Source: a virus. From it: DNA of 48,983 nucleotides. The DNA lies in the UHGV virus genome UHGV-0385359; one strand, written 5' to 3'. The notes under the pieces are model-generated. The model was not told the DNA's origin and did not search any database. It was given only the letters and a program-made list of their open reading frames with translations. Positions 24,599 through 38,488 of this stretch are shown piece by piece; the first letter of the stretch is position 1, and each line of letters opens with the position of its first letter. Position numbers and translations under genes: made by a program.

Positions 24599-24649
24599 CG
24601 TGTTGTAAATGATATTCATTATCGTTTACGGGTCCTTTCCGGCGATCCG

Positions 24650-24840
24650 GCCTGTTACGGGGCGGCGTCCGCGCAGATTCTCGCTATTTATGAAAATTTT
24701 CGGGTTTTTGCCGTTTCCGTTCTTCTTCTCGCTAATTCATTGTTTTAACTGAAAACACCCCCTGAAAAGAAAGGAAGCGGTAGCCCCGGTTAATGGGGGA
24801 TCAGCCTGCGGGTGTTTCCTTTCTCTGTTTTTGCGCACGG
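24650..24840. other. cos: cos site (cosN + cosB with lambda-like R3/R2/R1 and IHF-site architecture)
   Basis: GGGCGGCGTCCG at 24660-24671 versus the lambda cohesive end GGGCGGCGACCT. Downstream CGCTATTTATGAAAATTTTC and R-site-like CGTTTCCGTTCTTCTTC, CTGAAAAGAAAGGAAGCGG and GTTTCCTTTCTCTGTTTTTG, nearly identical to the lambda left end as recalled. 190 nt before the Nu1 ATG, as in lambda. Confidence 0.8.
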
Positions 24841-24848
24841 AGTAAGCT

Positions 24849-25368
24849 ATGGAGGTCAGCAAAAAGCAGCTTTCTGAGATTTTTGGTGTCAGCGTGCGCA
24901 CCATCCAGAACTGGCAGGATCAGGGAATGCCGGTTGCGCGTGGCGGCGGAAAGGGGAATGAAGTTTTGTACGATTCTGCCGCTGCTATCGAGTGGTATTC
25001 CGAGCGCGACGCGGCCATTGAGAATGAAAAATTACGGAAGGAGGTGGAGGAGCTGCGCATTGCATCAGAATCCGATCTCCAGCCCGGCACGATTGAATAC
25101 GAGCGTCACCGGCTTACCCGGGCACAGGCTGACGCCCAGGAACTGAAAAATGCTAAAGAGTCCGCTGAAGTGGTGGAGACCGCATTCTGCACGTTCGTGC
25201 TGTCGCGGATAGCCGGGGAAATAGCCAGTATTCTCGATGGGATTCCTCTGTCGGTTCAGCGGCGTTTCCCGGAGCTGGAAAACCGACACATTGATTTCCT
25301 GAAGAAGGATGTCATCAAAGCCATGAACAACGCAGCTGCGCTGGATGAAATAATACCGGGGTTGCTGA

Positions 25369-25394
<26 letters not shown>
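24849..25394 (+). CDS. nu1: terminase small subunit Nu1
   Basis: Near-identical to lambda Nu1 over 181 aa (MEV.KKQL..IFG.S.RTIQNWQ.QGMPV.RGGGKGNEVLYDSAA...). Confidence 0.95.
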
Positions 25395-29066
<3,672 letters not shown>

Positions 29067-29086
<20 letters not shown>

Positions 29087-30395
29087 TCTCCCGCATATTG
29101 CCAGCATGGCTTTTAATGAACCGCTGATGCTTGAGCCCGCCTATGCGCGGGTTTTCTTTTGTGCGCTGGCGGGCCAGCTGGGCATCACCCGGCTGACAGA
29201 CACCATTTCCGGCGTCAGCCTGGGGGCTGCACAGATGGCCGAACCACTGGCCCTGTTTGGTGATGAAGAACAGGAGCCGCGTCAGGCACGAAGTTACCAG
29301 GTAACCAACGGTATCGCTGTTCTTCCGGTATCCGGCACGCTGGTCGGAAAAACCCGTTCCCTGCAGCCGTATTCCGGCATGACCGGGTATAACGGTATTG
29401 TGGCTCGCCTGCAGCAGGCCATCAGCGATCCGGGTGTGGACGGTATTCTGCTGGATATGGATACGCCGGGCGGCATGGTGGCAGGGGCATTTGACTGTGC
29501 AGACATTATTGCCCGCGCCCGCGAAATCAAGCCTGTCTGGGCGCTGGCGAACGACATGAACTGTAGCGCCGGTCAGCTTATTGCCAGCGCAGCAACACGC
29601 AGGCTGGTTACGCAGACCGCCCGCACCGGCTCCATTGGTGTGATGATTGCGCACAGCAACTACGGGACGGCGCTCAAGACACAGGGCGTCGAAGTCACGC
29701 TTATTTACAGTGGCGATCACAAGGTTGATGGCAACCCTTACGGGAAACTTCCGCCCGGTGTCCGCGCTGATTTTCAGTCCCGAATTGATGCGACCCGGCA
29801 GATGTTTGCCGACAAGGTTGCCCTGTATACGGGCATGTCTGTCCAGGCGGTGCTGGATACCGAAGCTGCCGTATTCTCGGGTCAGGAGTCCATTGAACAC
29901 GGGCTGGCCGATGAACTTGTCAATAATACCGACGCGCTCAGTGTGATGCGCGATGCACTTGATAAACGCAAAAAAATTACCCTCGGAGGAAATATGGAAG
30001 GTACTACTGCATCCGCAGCAACCACTCAACCCGCGGAAGACGCATCTGCTGAAGACATCAAGGCAGATAAGGCTCCGGCGACTGTTGCAGCCGCCGCACC
30101 GGCATCTGATGTGAGCGAACAGATTTCTGCCGCAATTGCCGCAGAAAACGGGCGCATCATGGGCATTCTCAACTGCGAAGAGGCAACCGGGCGCGAAGCA
30201 CAGGCACGCGCACTGGCCGAAACGCCGGGGATGACCGTTGACAGCGCCCGCCGCATTCTCGCCGCGGCGCCGCAGAACGCACAGGTTCGCACGGAAACCG
30301 AACTTGATCGCCTGATGGAGACTTCCCCGGGCGCACTGGCAGCAGGCACCCCGGCATCTGATGCCGTCAATGACTTGATGAACACACCTGTATAA
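29067..30395 (+). CDS. C: head maturation protease / scaffold gpC (S49 peptidase family)
   Basis: Closely matches lambda C (MT.ELRNLPHIASMAFNEPLMLEPAYARVFFCALAGQLGI…). Confidence 0.95.
29994..30395 (+). CDS. nu3: scaffolding protein Nu3 (in-frame internal start within C)
   Basis: GGAGGA-N5-ATG inside the C frame at the position of lambda Nu3. C-terminal sequence identical to the gpC C-terminus. Confidence 0.7.
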   Translation: MEGTTASAATTQPAEDASAEDIKADKAPATVAAAAPASDVSEQISAAIAAENGRIMGILNCEEATGREAQARALAETPGMTVDSARRILAAAPQNAQVRTETELDRLMETSPGALAAGTPASDAVNDLMNTPV

Positions 30396-30404
30396 GAGGC
30401 TCTC

Positions 30405-30737
30405 ATGGCTAATACCGAAGAATTCAAACACTACCAGCCACTCGGAAACAGCGACCCGGCACATACGGCCAGCGGGCCTGGTGAACTGACCGAAGCGACT
30501 CCGGCAATGACACCGCTGATGCTCGATGCCACTTCCGGCAAACTGACCGTCTGGAACGGAACGAACGCCGGAGAGGCAACGGGCATTCTGGCAATTTCTG
30601 CCGATCAGAGCAGTGCAGAATTGACTTTCTATAAAACCGGCACCTTCCGTTATGAAGATGTGCTCTGGCCAGAAGATGTCACTGATGAAAGCAAAAAACG
30701 TAATGCTTTCGCAGGCACGGCGATCAGCATTGTTTAA
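30405..30737 (+). CDS. D: head decoration protein gpD
   Basis: 110 aa, lambda D-like (…[16 protein letters not shown]…AMTPLMLD…[16 protein letters not shown]…). Confidence 0.95.
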   Translation: MANTEEFKHYQPLGNSDPAHTASGPGELTEATPAMTPLMLDATSGKLTVWNGTNAGEATGILAISADQSSAELTFYKTGTFRYEDVLWPEDVTDESKKRNAFAGTAISIV

Positions 30738-30804
30738 CTCTTAACCTGACGGTTACCACTATCACAAAGGTCGCACATGCGGCCTTTTTTAACGGGAAAA
30801 ATCT

Positions 30805-31830
30805 ATGTCAATGTATACCACTGCCCAGTTGCTGGCGGTCAACGAGAAGAAATTCAAATTCGACCCGCTGTTCCTGCGTCTCTTTTTCCGCGAAAGTTAC
30901 CCGTTCACCACTGAAAAGGTGTATCTCTCGCAGATCCCCGGCCTGGTGAATATGGCGCTGTATGTCTCCCCCGTCGTGGCCGGACAGGTCATCCGTACCC
31001 GCGGCGGTTCAACCTCTGAATTTACGCCGGGCTACGTGAAGCCGAAGCATGAAGTTAACCCGCAGATGACCCTGCGCCGCCTGCCTGATGAAGATCCGCA
31101 GAATCTTGCAGATCCTGACTACCGTCGCCGCCGTATCATTCTGCAGAACATGAAGGATGAAGAGCTGGCAATCGCGCAGGTCGAAGAAAAGCAGGCCGTT
31201 GCGGCGGTGCTTGGCGGGAAGTACACCATGACCGGCGAGGCGTTTGAGCCTGTCGAGGTGGACATGGGACGCAGTGCTGGAAACAACATCATTCAGGCGG
31301 GGGCCGCAGCATGGTCTTCCCGCGACAAGGAGACGTATGACCCGACTGACGATATTGAGTCGTACGCACTTAATGCCAGCGGTGCGGTAAATATCATCGT
31401 GTTCGATCCAAAAGGGTGGGCTCTTTTCCGCTCCTTTAAGGCGGTAAAAGAGAAACTGGATACCCGCCGCGGTTCTAACTCTGAACTGGAAACCGCTCTG
31501 AAAGATCTGGGTAAAGCCGTTTCGTATAAAGGGATGTATGGCGATGTGGCGATCGTTGTTTACTCCGGCCAGTTCGTTGAAGACGACGCCAAAAAGAACT
31601 ACCTGCCGGATCTGACGATGGTGCTGGGCAATACACAGGCCCGCGGTCTGCGTACTTACGGCTGCATTCAGGATGTCGATGCCCAGCGAGAGGGGATTAA
31701 CGCATCTGCCCGTTATCCAAAAAACTGGGTACAGACGGGCGATCCGGCGCGTGAGTTCACCATGATCCAGTCCGCCCCGCTGATGCTGCTGGCGGACCCG
31801 GATGAATTCGTGTCGGTACAGCTGGCGTAA
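30805..31830 (+). CDS. E: major capsid protein gpE
   Basis: 341 aa, about 90% identical to lambda E as recalled. Confidence 0.97.
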   Translation: MSMYTTAQLLAVNEKKFKFDPLFLRLFFRESYPFTTEKVYLSQIPGLVNMALYVSPVVAGQVIRTRGGSTSEFTPGYVKPKHEVNPQMTLRRLPDEDPQNLADPDYRRRRIILQNMKDEELAIAQVEEKQAVAAVLGGKYTMTGEAFEPVEVDMGRSAGNNIIQAGAAAWSSRDKETYDPTDDIESYALNASGAVNIIVFDPKGWALFRSFKAVKEKLDTRRGSNSELETALKDLGKAVSYKGMYGDVAIVVYSGQFVEDDAKKNYLPDLTMVLGNTQARGLRTYGCIQDVDAQREGINASARYPKNWVQTGDPAREFTMIQSAPLMLLADPDEFVSVQLA

Positions 31831-31872
31831 TAACGGCCCTTCGGGGCCGTTTCCATTTATAAGGAAAACTCC

Positions 31873-32265
31873 ATGACGAAAGACGAACTGATTGCGCGCC
31901 TGAAAATGCTGGGCGCTCAGCTTAATCGTGAGGTCAGCCTGGCAGGGTCGAAAGAAGATCTGGCATTACGGGTTGCGGAACTGGAAGAAGAGCTGGATGA
32001 CGACGGCATCACCGTGGACGAAGGCGGCGGTTCTGATATTGCTGAGGCTCCGTTGGCTGAAACGGACCAGGCCAGCGGCAGCCAGGGATTCGAAACGGGC
32101 GGGCTGGTGGCGGTAAAAACGCTGGCGACCTTGCACATTGAAGCGCTGGACGCGGTGAAAGATGTGCCGGTGGGAATTGTTAAACCCGGCGTTGTTATTC
32201 GAGTGACAGCAGAAGAAGCCCGGGAACTGAGTGCATCGAAGCTGGTTGCTCTGACCTTCTCTTAG
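31873..32265 (+). CDS. FI: DNA-packaging protein FI
   Basis: N-terminus MTKDELIARL..LG.QLNR.VSL.G.KE.LALRVAELEEELDD as in lambda FI. Confidence 0.85.
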   Translation: MTKDELIARLKMLGAQLNREVSLAGSKEDLALRVAELEEELDDDGITVDEGGGSDIAEAPLAETDQASGSQGFETGGLVAVKTLATLHIEALDAVKDVPVGIVKPGVVIRVTAEEARELSASKLVALTFS

Positions 32266-32275
32266 CGGAGTCGCT

Positions 32276-32629
32276 ATGTCTGATTTCGACAATATCTTTG
32301 ATGCTGCGATCTCCGGCGTCGATGACACCATCCTCGATGTGATGGGAACGGAAGCCAGTATCACTTCCGGCATCATGGCGGGGAGCAAGATTACAGGCGT
32401 TTTCGACGATCCTGAAAATATTGGTTACGCCGGGGCGGGAGTGCGCGTGGAAGGGACTTCACCGTCGCTCTTTGTCAAATCAGCGTCCGTCCGTCAGTTG
32501 CGTCGTATGGACACGCTGACCATCAACAGCGAAGCGTTCTGGGTTGATCGCATCAGCCCGGATGACTGCGGAAGTTGCTATGTCTGGCTGGGGCGGGGTT
32601 CACCTCCGGCAGCTAACCGGCGGCGTTAA
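32276..32629 (+). CDS. FII: head-tail connector / head completion protein FII
   Basis: 117 aa, lambda FII-like (M.DFDN.FDAAI…GVFDDPENI.YAG.GVRVEG.SPSLFV…). Confidence 0.9.
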   Translation: MSDFDNIFDAAISGVDDTILDVMGTEASITSGIMAGSKITGVFDDPENIGYAGAGVRVEGTSPSLFVKSASVRQLRRMDTLTINSEAFWVDRISPDDCGSCYVWLGRGSPPAANRRR

Positions 32630-32641
32630 AAGGAGGCGCAA

Positions 32642-33196
32642 GTGTCCATAAAAGGTCTTGAGCAGGCTATTGCCAACCTGAACAGCATCAGTAAGACCGC
32701 TGTTCCGCGCGCATCGTCACAGGCGGTAAACAGAGTGGCAAATCGGGCAATCAGCCGTAGTGTCTCGGTCGTGTCGAAAGAAACGCGGGTTCCCCGCAAG
32801 CTGGTTAAAGGGCGCGCCCGACTGCGCAGGGCAACGGTGAAAAAGCCACGAGCCCTTATTCGCGTTAACCGGGGTAATCTTCCAGCCATCAAACTTGGCG
32901 TTGCCAGCGTTCGTTTATCACGGCGTAAACGTGACAAAAAAGGGGCAAACAGCGTGCTCCGGGTCGGCCCTTTCCGTTTTCCCGGTGCATTCATTCAGCA
33001 ACTTAAAAACGGGCGCTGGCATGTTATGCGCAGGACTGCGAAACCGCGCTATCCGATTGAGGTTGTCAGTATCCCGCTGGCGGCCCCCCTGACAACCGCG
33101 TTTAAAAATGAGCTTCCGAAGCTTATGGAATCCGATATGCCCAACGAGTTACGGGCATCACTTAAAAACCAACTCAGGTTGATACTGACACGATGA
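32642..33196 (+). CDS. Z: tail completion protein gpZ
   Basis: 184 aa, lambda Z-like (…KGLEQA..NL..ISKTAVP…PGAFIQQLKNGRWHVM.R…). Confidence 0.9.
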   Translation: MSIKGLEQAIANLNSISKTAVPRASSQAVNRVANRAISRSVSVVSKETRVPRKLVKGRARLRRATVKKPRALIRVNRGNLPAIKLGVASVRLSRRKRDKKGANSVLRVGPFRFPGAFIQQLKNGRWHVMRRTAKPRYPIEVVSIPLAAPLTTAFKNELPKLMESDMPNELRASLKNQLRLILTR

Positions 33197-33591
33197 AACA
33201 CACGGATATACGCCTGGCGATTATTGAAGCTCTTGAAAACAACTTCGGTGAGGATGCGACCTTTTTTGATGGTCGGCCGGTGGTGTTTGAAGAAGAGGAT
33301 TTCCCTTCTGTTGCAGTTTATCTCACGGATGCCGTATGCACCGGGGAAGAGCTGGATACCGATACCTGGCAGGCCACGCTCCATATCGAAGTCTTTCTTC
33401 CGGCTCAGGTTCCTGACTCAGAACTTGATGAATGGATGGAGTCCCGGATCTATCCGGTTATGGCGGACATACCTGCACTCGGTGATTTGATTACCGTCAT
33501 GGCAACGGAAGGGTATGACTACCAGCGGGACGACGATCTGGGGCTGTGGAGTTCCGCCGACCTGAAATATTCCATTACTTACGAAATGTGA
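33193..33591 (+). CDS. U: tail terminator gpU
   Basis: 132 aa, strongly lambda U-like (MKHT..R.A…[37 protein letters not shown]…). Confidence 0.95.
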   Translation: MKHTDIRLAIIEALENNFGEDATFFDGRPVVFEEEDFPSVAVYLTDAVCTGEELDTDTWQATLHIEVFLPAQVPDSELDEWMESRIYPVMADIPALGDLITVMATEGYDYQRDDDLGLWSSADLKYSITYEM

Positions 33592-33598
33592 GGACATT

Positions 33599-34336
33599 AT
33601 GCCAACACCAAACCCTCTGGAACCTGTAAAAGGTGCCGGAACCACGCTCTGGCTTTATGACGGCATGGGCGATCCGTTAGGAAACCCGGCATCAGATGTG
33701 GACTGGAACCGTCTGGCAAAGATTAAGGATCTTACGCCTGGCGAAATGACGGCTGAGTCGTACGATGATACCTATCTCGACGATGAAAATGCCGACTGGA
33801 GCAACACGGCTCAGGGCGAAAAAACTGCGGGTGATACCTCTTTCACACTGGCGTGGAAGCCGGGTGAAGAAGGACAGAAAGACCTGGTATCCTGGTTTAA
33901 CGATGGTTCAGTACGGTATTACAAAATCAAATATCCGAACGGTACGGTCGACGTTTTCCGCGGCTGGTGCAGCAGCCTGGGTAAAGCCATTCCGGCTAAA
34001 GAAGTGATCACCAGAACGGCGAAGATCACGAATACCGGGAAACCGAATCTGGCGGAAGAGGACAATACGCCGCCGATTGCGGTTACGGGTGTTACCCTGG
34101 ATAAAACGACGGATACCGTTGCGGTCAGCGATACCACAGTACTGACTGTCGCCGTGGTGCCTGCCAGCGCCTCGGACAAATCCTTCCGCGTTTCCACGTC
34201 CGATCCTGCTGTCGCAACGGTCACCGTCAGCGGCAGTACGATTACCGTAACTGGCGTGGCCGCAGGTAGCTGCCAGATTATCGTCATGACCAATGACGGT
34301 CTTTTTGTCGCTGTCTGCGAAATCACTGTTTCGTGA
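33599..34336 (+). CDS. V: major tail tube protein gpV (with C-terminal Ig-like domain)
   Basis: 245 aa, lambda V-like (…[47 protein letters not shown]…). Confidence 0.95.
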   Translation: MPTPNPLEPVKGAGTTLWLYDGMGDPLGNPASDVDWNRLAKIKDLTPGEMTAESYDDTYLDDENADWSNTAQGEKTAGDTSFTLAWKPGEEGQKDLVSWFNDGSVRYYKIKYPNGTVDVFRGWCSSLGKAIPAKEVITRTAKITNTGKPNLAEEDNTPPIAVTGVTLDKTTDTVAVSDTTVLTVAVVPASASDKSFRVSTSDPAVATVTVSGSTITVTGVAAGSCQIIVMTNDGLFVAVCEITVS

Positions 34337-34372
34337 TAACCGGGGCTAAGGCCCCGCCTTTCGGAGTAAATC

Positions 34373-34786
34373 ATGTTTTTAAAATCCGACTTGTACGAGC
34401 GTAACGGTAAAAGCGTCACGCTCTTCGAATTGTCCGCACTACAGCGTATTGAACACCTCGAACATCTGAAAAAAATCGAAGCAATTGAAGAGGGAGATAT
34501 TCAGGCCGCGATGACCACCACTGTTCGTGAGGGGGCGTTCATTGTGGCCATGTCGCTGTGGCATGGTCACGGCCTGAAAGGGACCCTGCCGGAGGGGGCC
34601 GTGCGGGAAGTCGAACAGATTCAGGAGGAGGTGCTTGCCACATGGCCGCTTGAAGCCGTTGCAGAAGCGGAATTCCGTATCAGGCTCCTGTCCGGCATGC
34701 TGCCACCTCCTGATGAAACAGGCGATCCTGATGCAGGCGAAGAACCCGGCCCGGTCACGGCGGAAAAGCCCTCGCCAGCGAGCTGA
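34373..34786 (+). CDS. G: tail assembly chaperone gpG
   Basis: 137 aa, lambda G-like (MFLK…LSELSALQRIEHL…WH.H…). Confidence 0.9.
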   Translation: MFLKSDLYERNGKSVTLFELSALQRIEHLEHLKKIEAIEEGDIQAAMTTTVREGAFIVAMSLWHGHGLKGTLPEGAVREVEQIQEEVLATWPLEAVAEAEFRIRLLSGMLPPPDETGDPDAGEEPGPVTAEKPSPAS

Positions 34787-35127
34787 CATTTGTCATGAAG
34801 CTGGCGCGTGAGTTCGGTCGCCCCGACTGGCGCTCCATGCTCGCTGGCATGTCCTCAACGGAATATGGCGACTGGCATATTTTCTACCGGGACAATTTTT
34901 TTCATGACGTACAGCTTGACGCCCATTTCTCGGGGTTGCTCTACACCATTTCATCATTATTTTCCCTTAATCCGGATTTGACTCCTGACAGCTTCAGCAT
35001 ACTGACACCGGCTCCCGGCGATTTGCCGGTGGAAGAGCCGGATGATGACATGTTGATGGCGAAGGCGTCAGGAATGTCAGGAGGCGTTCGCTATGGCCCA
35101 GACGGCAGTGGGGGATCTGGTTGTTAA
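34762..35127 (+). CDS. T: gpT segment of the G-T fusion produced by a programmed -1 frameshift
   Basis: The -1 frame after the slippery-like GGAAAAG (34762-34768) encodes ...ELTFVMKLAREFGRPDWRSMLAGMSSTEYGDWH..., matching lambda gpT. This frame has no independent start with an RBS. Confidence 0.75.
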   Translation, partial: GKALASELTFVMKLAREFGRPDWRSMLAGMSSTEYGDWHIFYRDNFFHDVQLDAHFSGLLYTISSLFSLNPDLTPDSFSILTPAPGDLPVEEPDDDMLMAKASGMSGGVRYGPDGSGGSGC

Positions 35128-37651
35128 TCTTGACGTTAACTCGTCAAAATTTAACGAGCAGATAACTCATATTAACCGGCAGTTTAAACGAACAGGTGAT
35201 GCTGCTAATGATACGGAGTTACGTATCCGGCAGGCGTTCTCACGTCAGGAAATTGCGGCAAAAAAAGCGGGCCTTTCTGTGGGGCAGTACTCGAATGCGA
35301 TGCGTATGCTACCTGCACAGTTTACGGATGTCGCGACGCAGCTGGCGGGCGGGCAGAGTCCGTGGCTTATCCTTCTGCAACAGGGCGGGCAGGTTAAGGA
35401 CTCATTTGGCGGGATTATTCCCACGTTCCGTGCGTTGCTGGGGGCCGTATCGCCTTTGATGGTTGGTGTCGGCGCGCTGTCCGCTGCTACCGGCGCACTT
35501 TTTTACGCGTGGTATCAGGGATCGTCCACACTTTCAGATTTCAATAAAACACTTGTTCTTTCCGGTAATTCGGCAGGGCTTACCGCTGACCGGATGCTGG
35601 CGCTGGCAAGGAACGGACAGAGTGCCGGGCTGACGTTTAACCAGACGAACGAGGCGCTGACGGAACTGATCAACGCAGGAGTGCGCGCCGGGGCGAATTT
35701 CGATGATATGAGTCAGTCCGTTGCCCGGTTTACCCAGGCGTCTGGCGTTCCTGTTGATAAAGTGGCGGCGGCATTCGGCAAGCTGACAAGTGACCCGACG
35801 TCCGGCCTCATCGCGATGGCGCAGCAGTTCCACAACGTTACAGCAGAGCAGATTGCGTATGTCGCGCAGTTGCAGCGCGCCGGGGATGAAGCCGCTGCGT
35901 TGCAGGCGGCAAACGATGCGGCAACCAACGGTTTTAATGAGCAGACAAAATCCCTGCGCGACAATATGGGGACAATTGAGTCGGCTGCCGATTCACTTAA
36001 GCGTGCTTTTAAATCGATGTGGGACGCGGCACTGGATATCGGGCGCCCGGATACCGCACAGGAGATGGTCCGTAAGGCAGAGGCTGCGTTTAAACGCGCG
36101 GATGAGATCTGGAATCTGCGAAAAAATGACGGCTACGTTAATGATGAGGCGCGCGCCCGGTACTGGACTGACAGGGAGACAGCCCGGCTGGCGCTGGACA
36201 TGGCGCAACAGCAGGCGGGCATTGCAAAAGCGAATGAGGAAAATGCTTCACGTGAAGCTGCCGCGGAATCTGATCGGCAGAAATACGCCGCGCAGGCGCA
36301 GTCAAATTACGCCAGAACGCAGTCCGCGCTTGAGAAGTACACGGCCAGGCAAAACGAGCTTAATAAGGCGCTGAAAGAAGGGCGTATCCTCCAGGCTGAC
36401 TACAACATCAATATGTCAGCCGCGAAAAAGGAGTACGAAGATTCCCTGAAAAAACCGCCAAAAACACCGGCGGTCAGAACACAGTCCGGAGTGAGGGCAA
36501 CTGATACAGGCAATGCCCTGACGCTTGAGTTGCAGTCGCAACTGAAGACCCTTCAGGATCACAAAGGCATAAATGACACAATCAGCCAGCAGCGGCAGGA
36601 TCTCTGGAAGCAACAGTCACGTTTTTCAGTGCTTGAGGAAGCATCCCGTCAACGCGCTCTCACTGCTGAGGAAAAATCCCTGCTCGTAAGCAAGGATGAA
36701 GTGCTGGCCCGTGCAGAAATTAACGCACGGCTTGGCGATCAGATTGTTGCACAGCAGCGCCTTAATACTCTTGCAGATCAGGCTGAAAAATTTTCTCAGC
36801 AACAGGCGGCACGGCAGGCAGGGATCGCCGCTCAGTCTCAGGGGCTCTCTGCACGTCAGGCTGAACGTGAGGTGGCGTTACAAAAACTGCGGGAGGCATA
36901 CGGTACAAATCCGCAGGCTCTTCAGCAGGTGCTTACGGCGCAACAGGCCACTTATGATGCTGAAGATGCCCTGCGTTCAGACTGGCTTGCCGGGGCCAGG
37001 CAAGGCTGGGCAGAGTATCAGGATGCGGCCACGAACGTATTTTCTTCAGTGCAGCAGATATCTCAGTCCACCTTTGGCGGGCTTGCGAATCAGCTGACAC
37101 AATGGCAGACCTCCGGGAAAGCAAGCATGAAAGAATTCACGTCATCGACGCTGAAAATGATTGCATCAGTCATTAATCAACTGATGGTGGCTTATGTCAT
37201 TCAGAGTGCTATGGGCTGGGTTGGTGGTGGAACAAAAGCCCCCGCGTCAGGGCAGTCGTTCGCCGTACCTTCCTATCGTCCCGCGACTTTTGATGGCGGC
37301 GGCTTTACCGGGCATGGCGGTAAGTATGATCCCGCCGGCATTGTGCATCGCGGGGAATTCGTCTTCACCAAAGAGTCTACCAGTCGCATTGGTGTCGCCA
37401 ACCTTTATCGTCTTATGCGTGGGTATGCCACAGGCGGGCTCGTTGGTTCCGGTAATGTGCCGATTCCTGCACCGGGTGGTATCAGCGTTTATGCCCCGGT
37501 CAGCATCAGTCAGCAGAACGCTGGTGGAGAAGTCAGCCAGGCCAGTACCGCCGGAACGGCACGCCAGCTTCAGGGGATTGTCCAGCAGGCTATCACTGAT
37601 CGTCTGAAAAAGGAGATTAGTCCGGGTGGATTACTTTACTCCAGGGGGTAA
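35093..37651 (+). CDS. H: tail tape-measure protein gpH
   Basis: 852 aa, collinear with lambda H (…MRMLPAQFTDVATQLAGGQSPWLILLQQGGQVKDSFGG… C-terminal GGFTG.GGKYEPAGIVHRGEFVFTKE.TSRIGV.NLYRLMRGYATGG). Confidence 0.95.
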   Translation: MAQTAVGDLVVNLDVNSSKFNEQITHINRQFKRTGDAANDTELRIRQAFSRQEIAAKKAGLSVGQYSNAMRMLPAQFTDVATQLAGGQSPWLILLQQGGQVKDSFGGIIPTFRALLGAVSPLMVGVGALSAATGALFYAWYQGSSTLSDFNKTLVLSGNSAGLTADRMLALARNGQSAGLTFNQTNEALTELINAGVRAGANFDDMSQSVARFTQASGVPVDKVAAAFGKLTSDPTSGLIAMAQQFHNVTAEQIAYVAQLQRAGDEAAALQAANDAATNGFNEQTKSLRDNMGTIESAADSLKRAFKSMWDAALDIGRPDTAQEMVRKAEAAFKRADEIWNLRKNDGYVNDEARARYWTDRETARLALDMAQQQAGIAKANEENASREAAAESDRQKYAAQAQSNYARTQSALEKYTARQNELNKALKEGRILQADYNINMSAAKKEYEDSLKKPPKTPAVRTQSGVRATDTGNALTLELQSQLKTLQDHKGINDTISQQRQDLWKQQSRFSVLEEASRQRALTAEEKSLLVSKDEVLARAEINARLGDQIVAQQRLNTLADQAEKFSQQQAARQAGIAAQSQGLSARQAEREVALQKLREAYGTNPQALQQVLTAQQATYDAEDALRSDWLAGARQGWAEYQDAATNVFSSVQQISQSTFGGLANQLTQWQTSGKASMKEFTSSTLKMIASVINQLMVAYVIQSAMGWVGGGTKAPASGQSFAVPSYRPATFDGGGFTGHGGKYDPAGIVHRGEFVFTKESTSRIGVANLYRLMRGYATGGLVGSGNVPIPAPGGISVYAPVSISQQNAGGEVSQASTAGTARQLQGIVQQAITDRLKKEISPGGLLYSRG

Positions 37652-37653
37652 CG

Positions 37654-37992
37654 GTGACAGATACGTTTAACTGGCGTACGCGCAAAACGGCTCAGGGGAC
37701 TGAAAATGTCCGTACGCTTCAGGCTCAGTTCGGCGACGGATATAAACAGATCGCCGGAATGGGGATCAATGATAAGTCCGAAACATGGAATCTTGACTGG
37801 ACGGGTACGCGAAGTGATGCCGCGGTGTTGCGTGCGTTTCTTATGTCCCACGTCACAACGTCTTTCTGGTGGACCAATCCCTGGGGGGAGAAAAAGCTCT
37901 ACCGGGTGAAAGCTGATTCATTCAGTGTTTCGTTCCCTTCCGGGAAAAAAGCGACAGTGGCATTCACTTTTGAGCAATCCTTTGCTCCATGA
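37654..37992 (+). CDS. M: minor tail protein gpM (GTG start)
   Basis: 112 aa. AGGGGG-N5-GTG immediately after the H stop. FGDGY.Q motif as in lambda M. Confidence 0.8.
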   Translation: MTDTFNWRTRKTAQGTENVRTLQAQFGDGYKQIAGMGINDKSETWNLDWTGTRSDAAVLRAFLMSHVTTSFWWTNPWGEKKLYRVKADSFSVSFPSGKKATVAFTFEQSFAP

Positions 37993-38087
37993 CGTTATTT
38001 TTTTCTATCATGTATCATGAGGTACTTAATCACAGCATCAAATAATACGATGCATTAGTTTTGATAAACGTCTACAGGTGATAACAA

Positions 38088-38429
38088 GTGAAAAGGATAT
38101 TGTTGTTAATAATTGTGCTGAATCTCACTGGTTGTATGAATATATACAACTATCGAGGTGAGCAGCCTATAACAGCTACATTTTTGTCTTCATATACTCC
38201 GCAGGAAACTCAAGAGTGTATTCTTTCCTCTTGGCAAAAAGAACCTTTAGGGAATAGTGTTACGGCGCAAAAAACTGGCAGTTTTTACAGTGTGTTAGCG
38301 GTTAGTGATAATGTTGATGTTTATTATGAAAAAAACAGTGTAATAGTTAATTATTACTCTCTTCGTGGTTCATTAGATCCTTGGAATGGAAGGGTGAAGA
38401 GAATAAAAGCAATTCAGTCATGCTTATAG
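38088..38429 (+). CDS. moron lipoprotein inserted between tail genes M and L (low GC; own terminator)
   Basis: GTG start with AGGTGA RBS. Signal peptide MKRILLLIIVLNLTGC (lipobox LTGC). AT-rich gene with an AT-rich upstream region carrying TTGATA. Confidence 0.6.
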   Translation: MKRILLLIIVLNLTGCMNIYNYRGEQPITATFLSSYTPQETQECILSSWQKEPLGNSVTAQKTGSFYSVLAVSDNVDVYYEKNSVIVNYYSLRGSLDPWNGRVKRIKAIQSCL

Positions 38430-38453
38430 ATTTGTAGATCATGCGTCAATTGA

Positions 38454-38478
38454 AACCGCCGAAAAGGCGGTTTTTTTT
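38454..38478 (+). terminator. strong rho-independent terminator after the lipoprotein moron
   Basis: accgcc-gaaaa-ggcggt hairpin plus T8. Confidence 0.75.
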
Positions 38479-38488
38479 CGGGGGAGAT

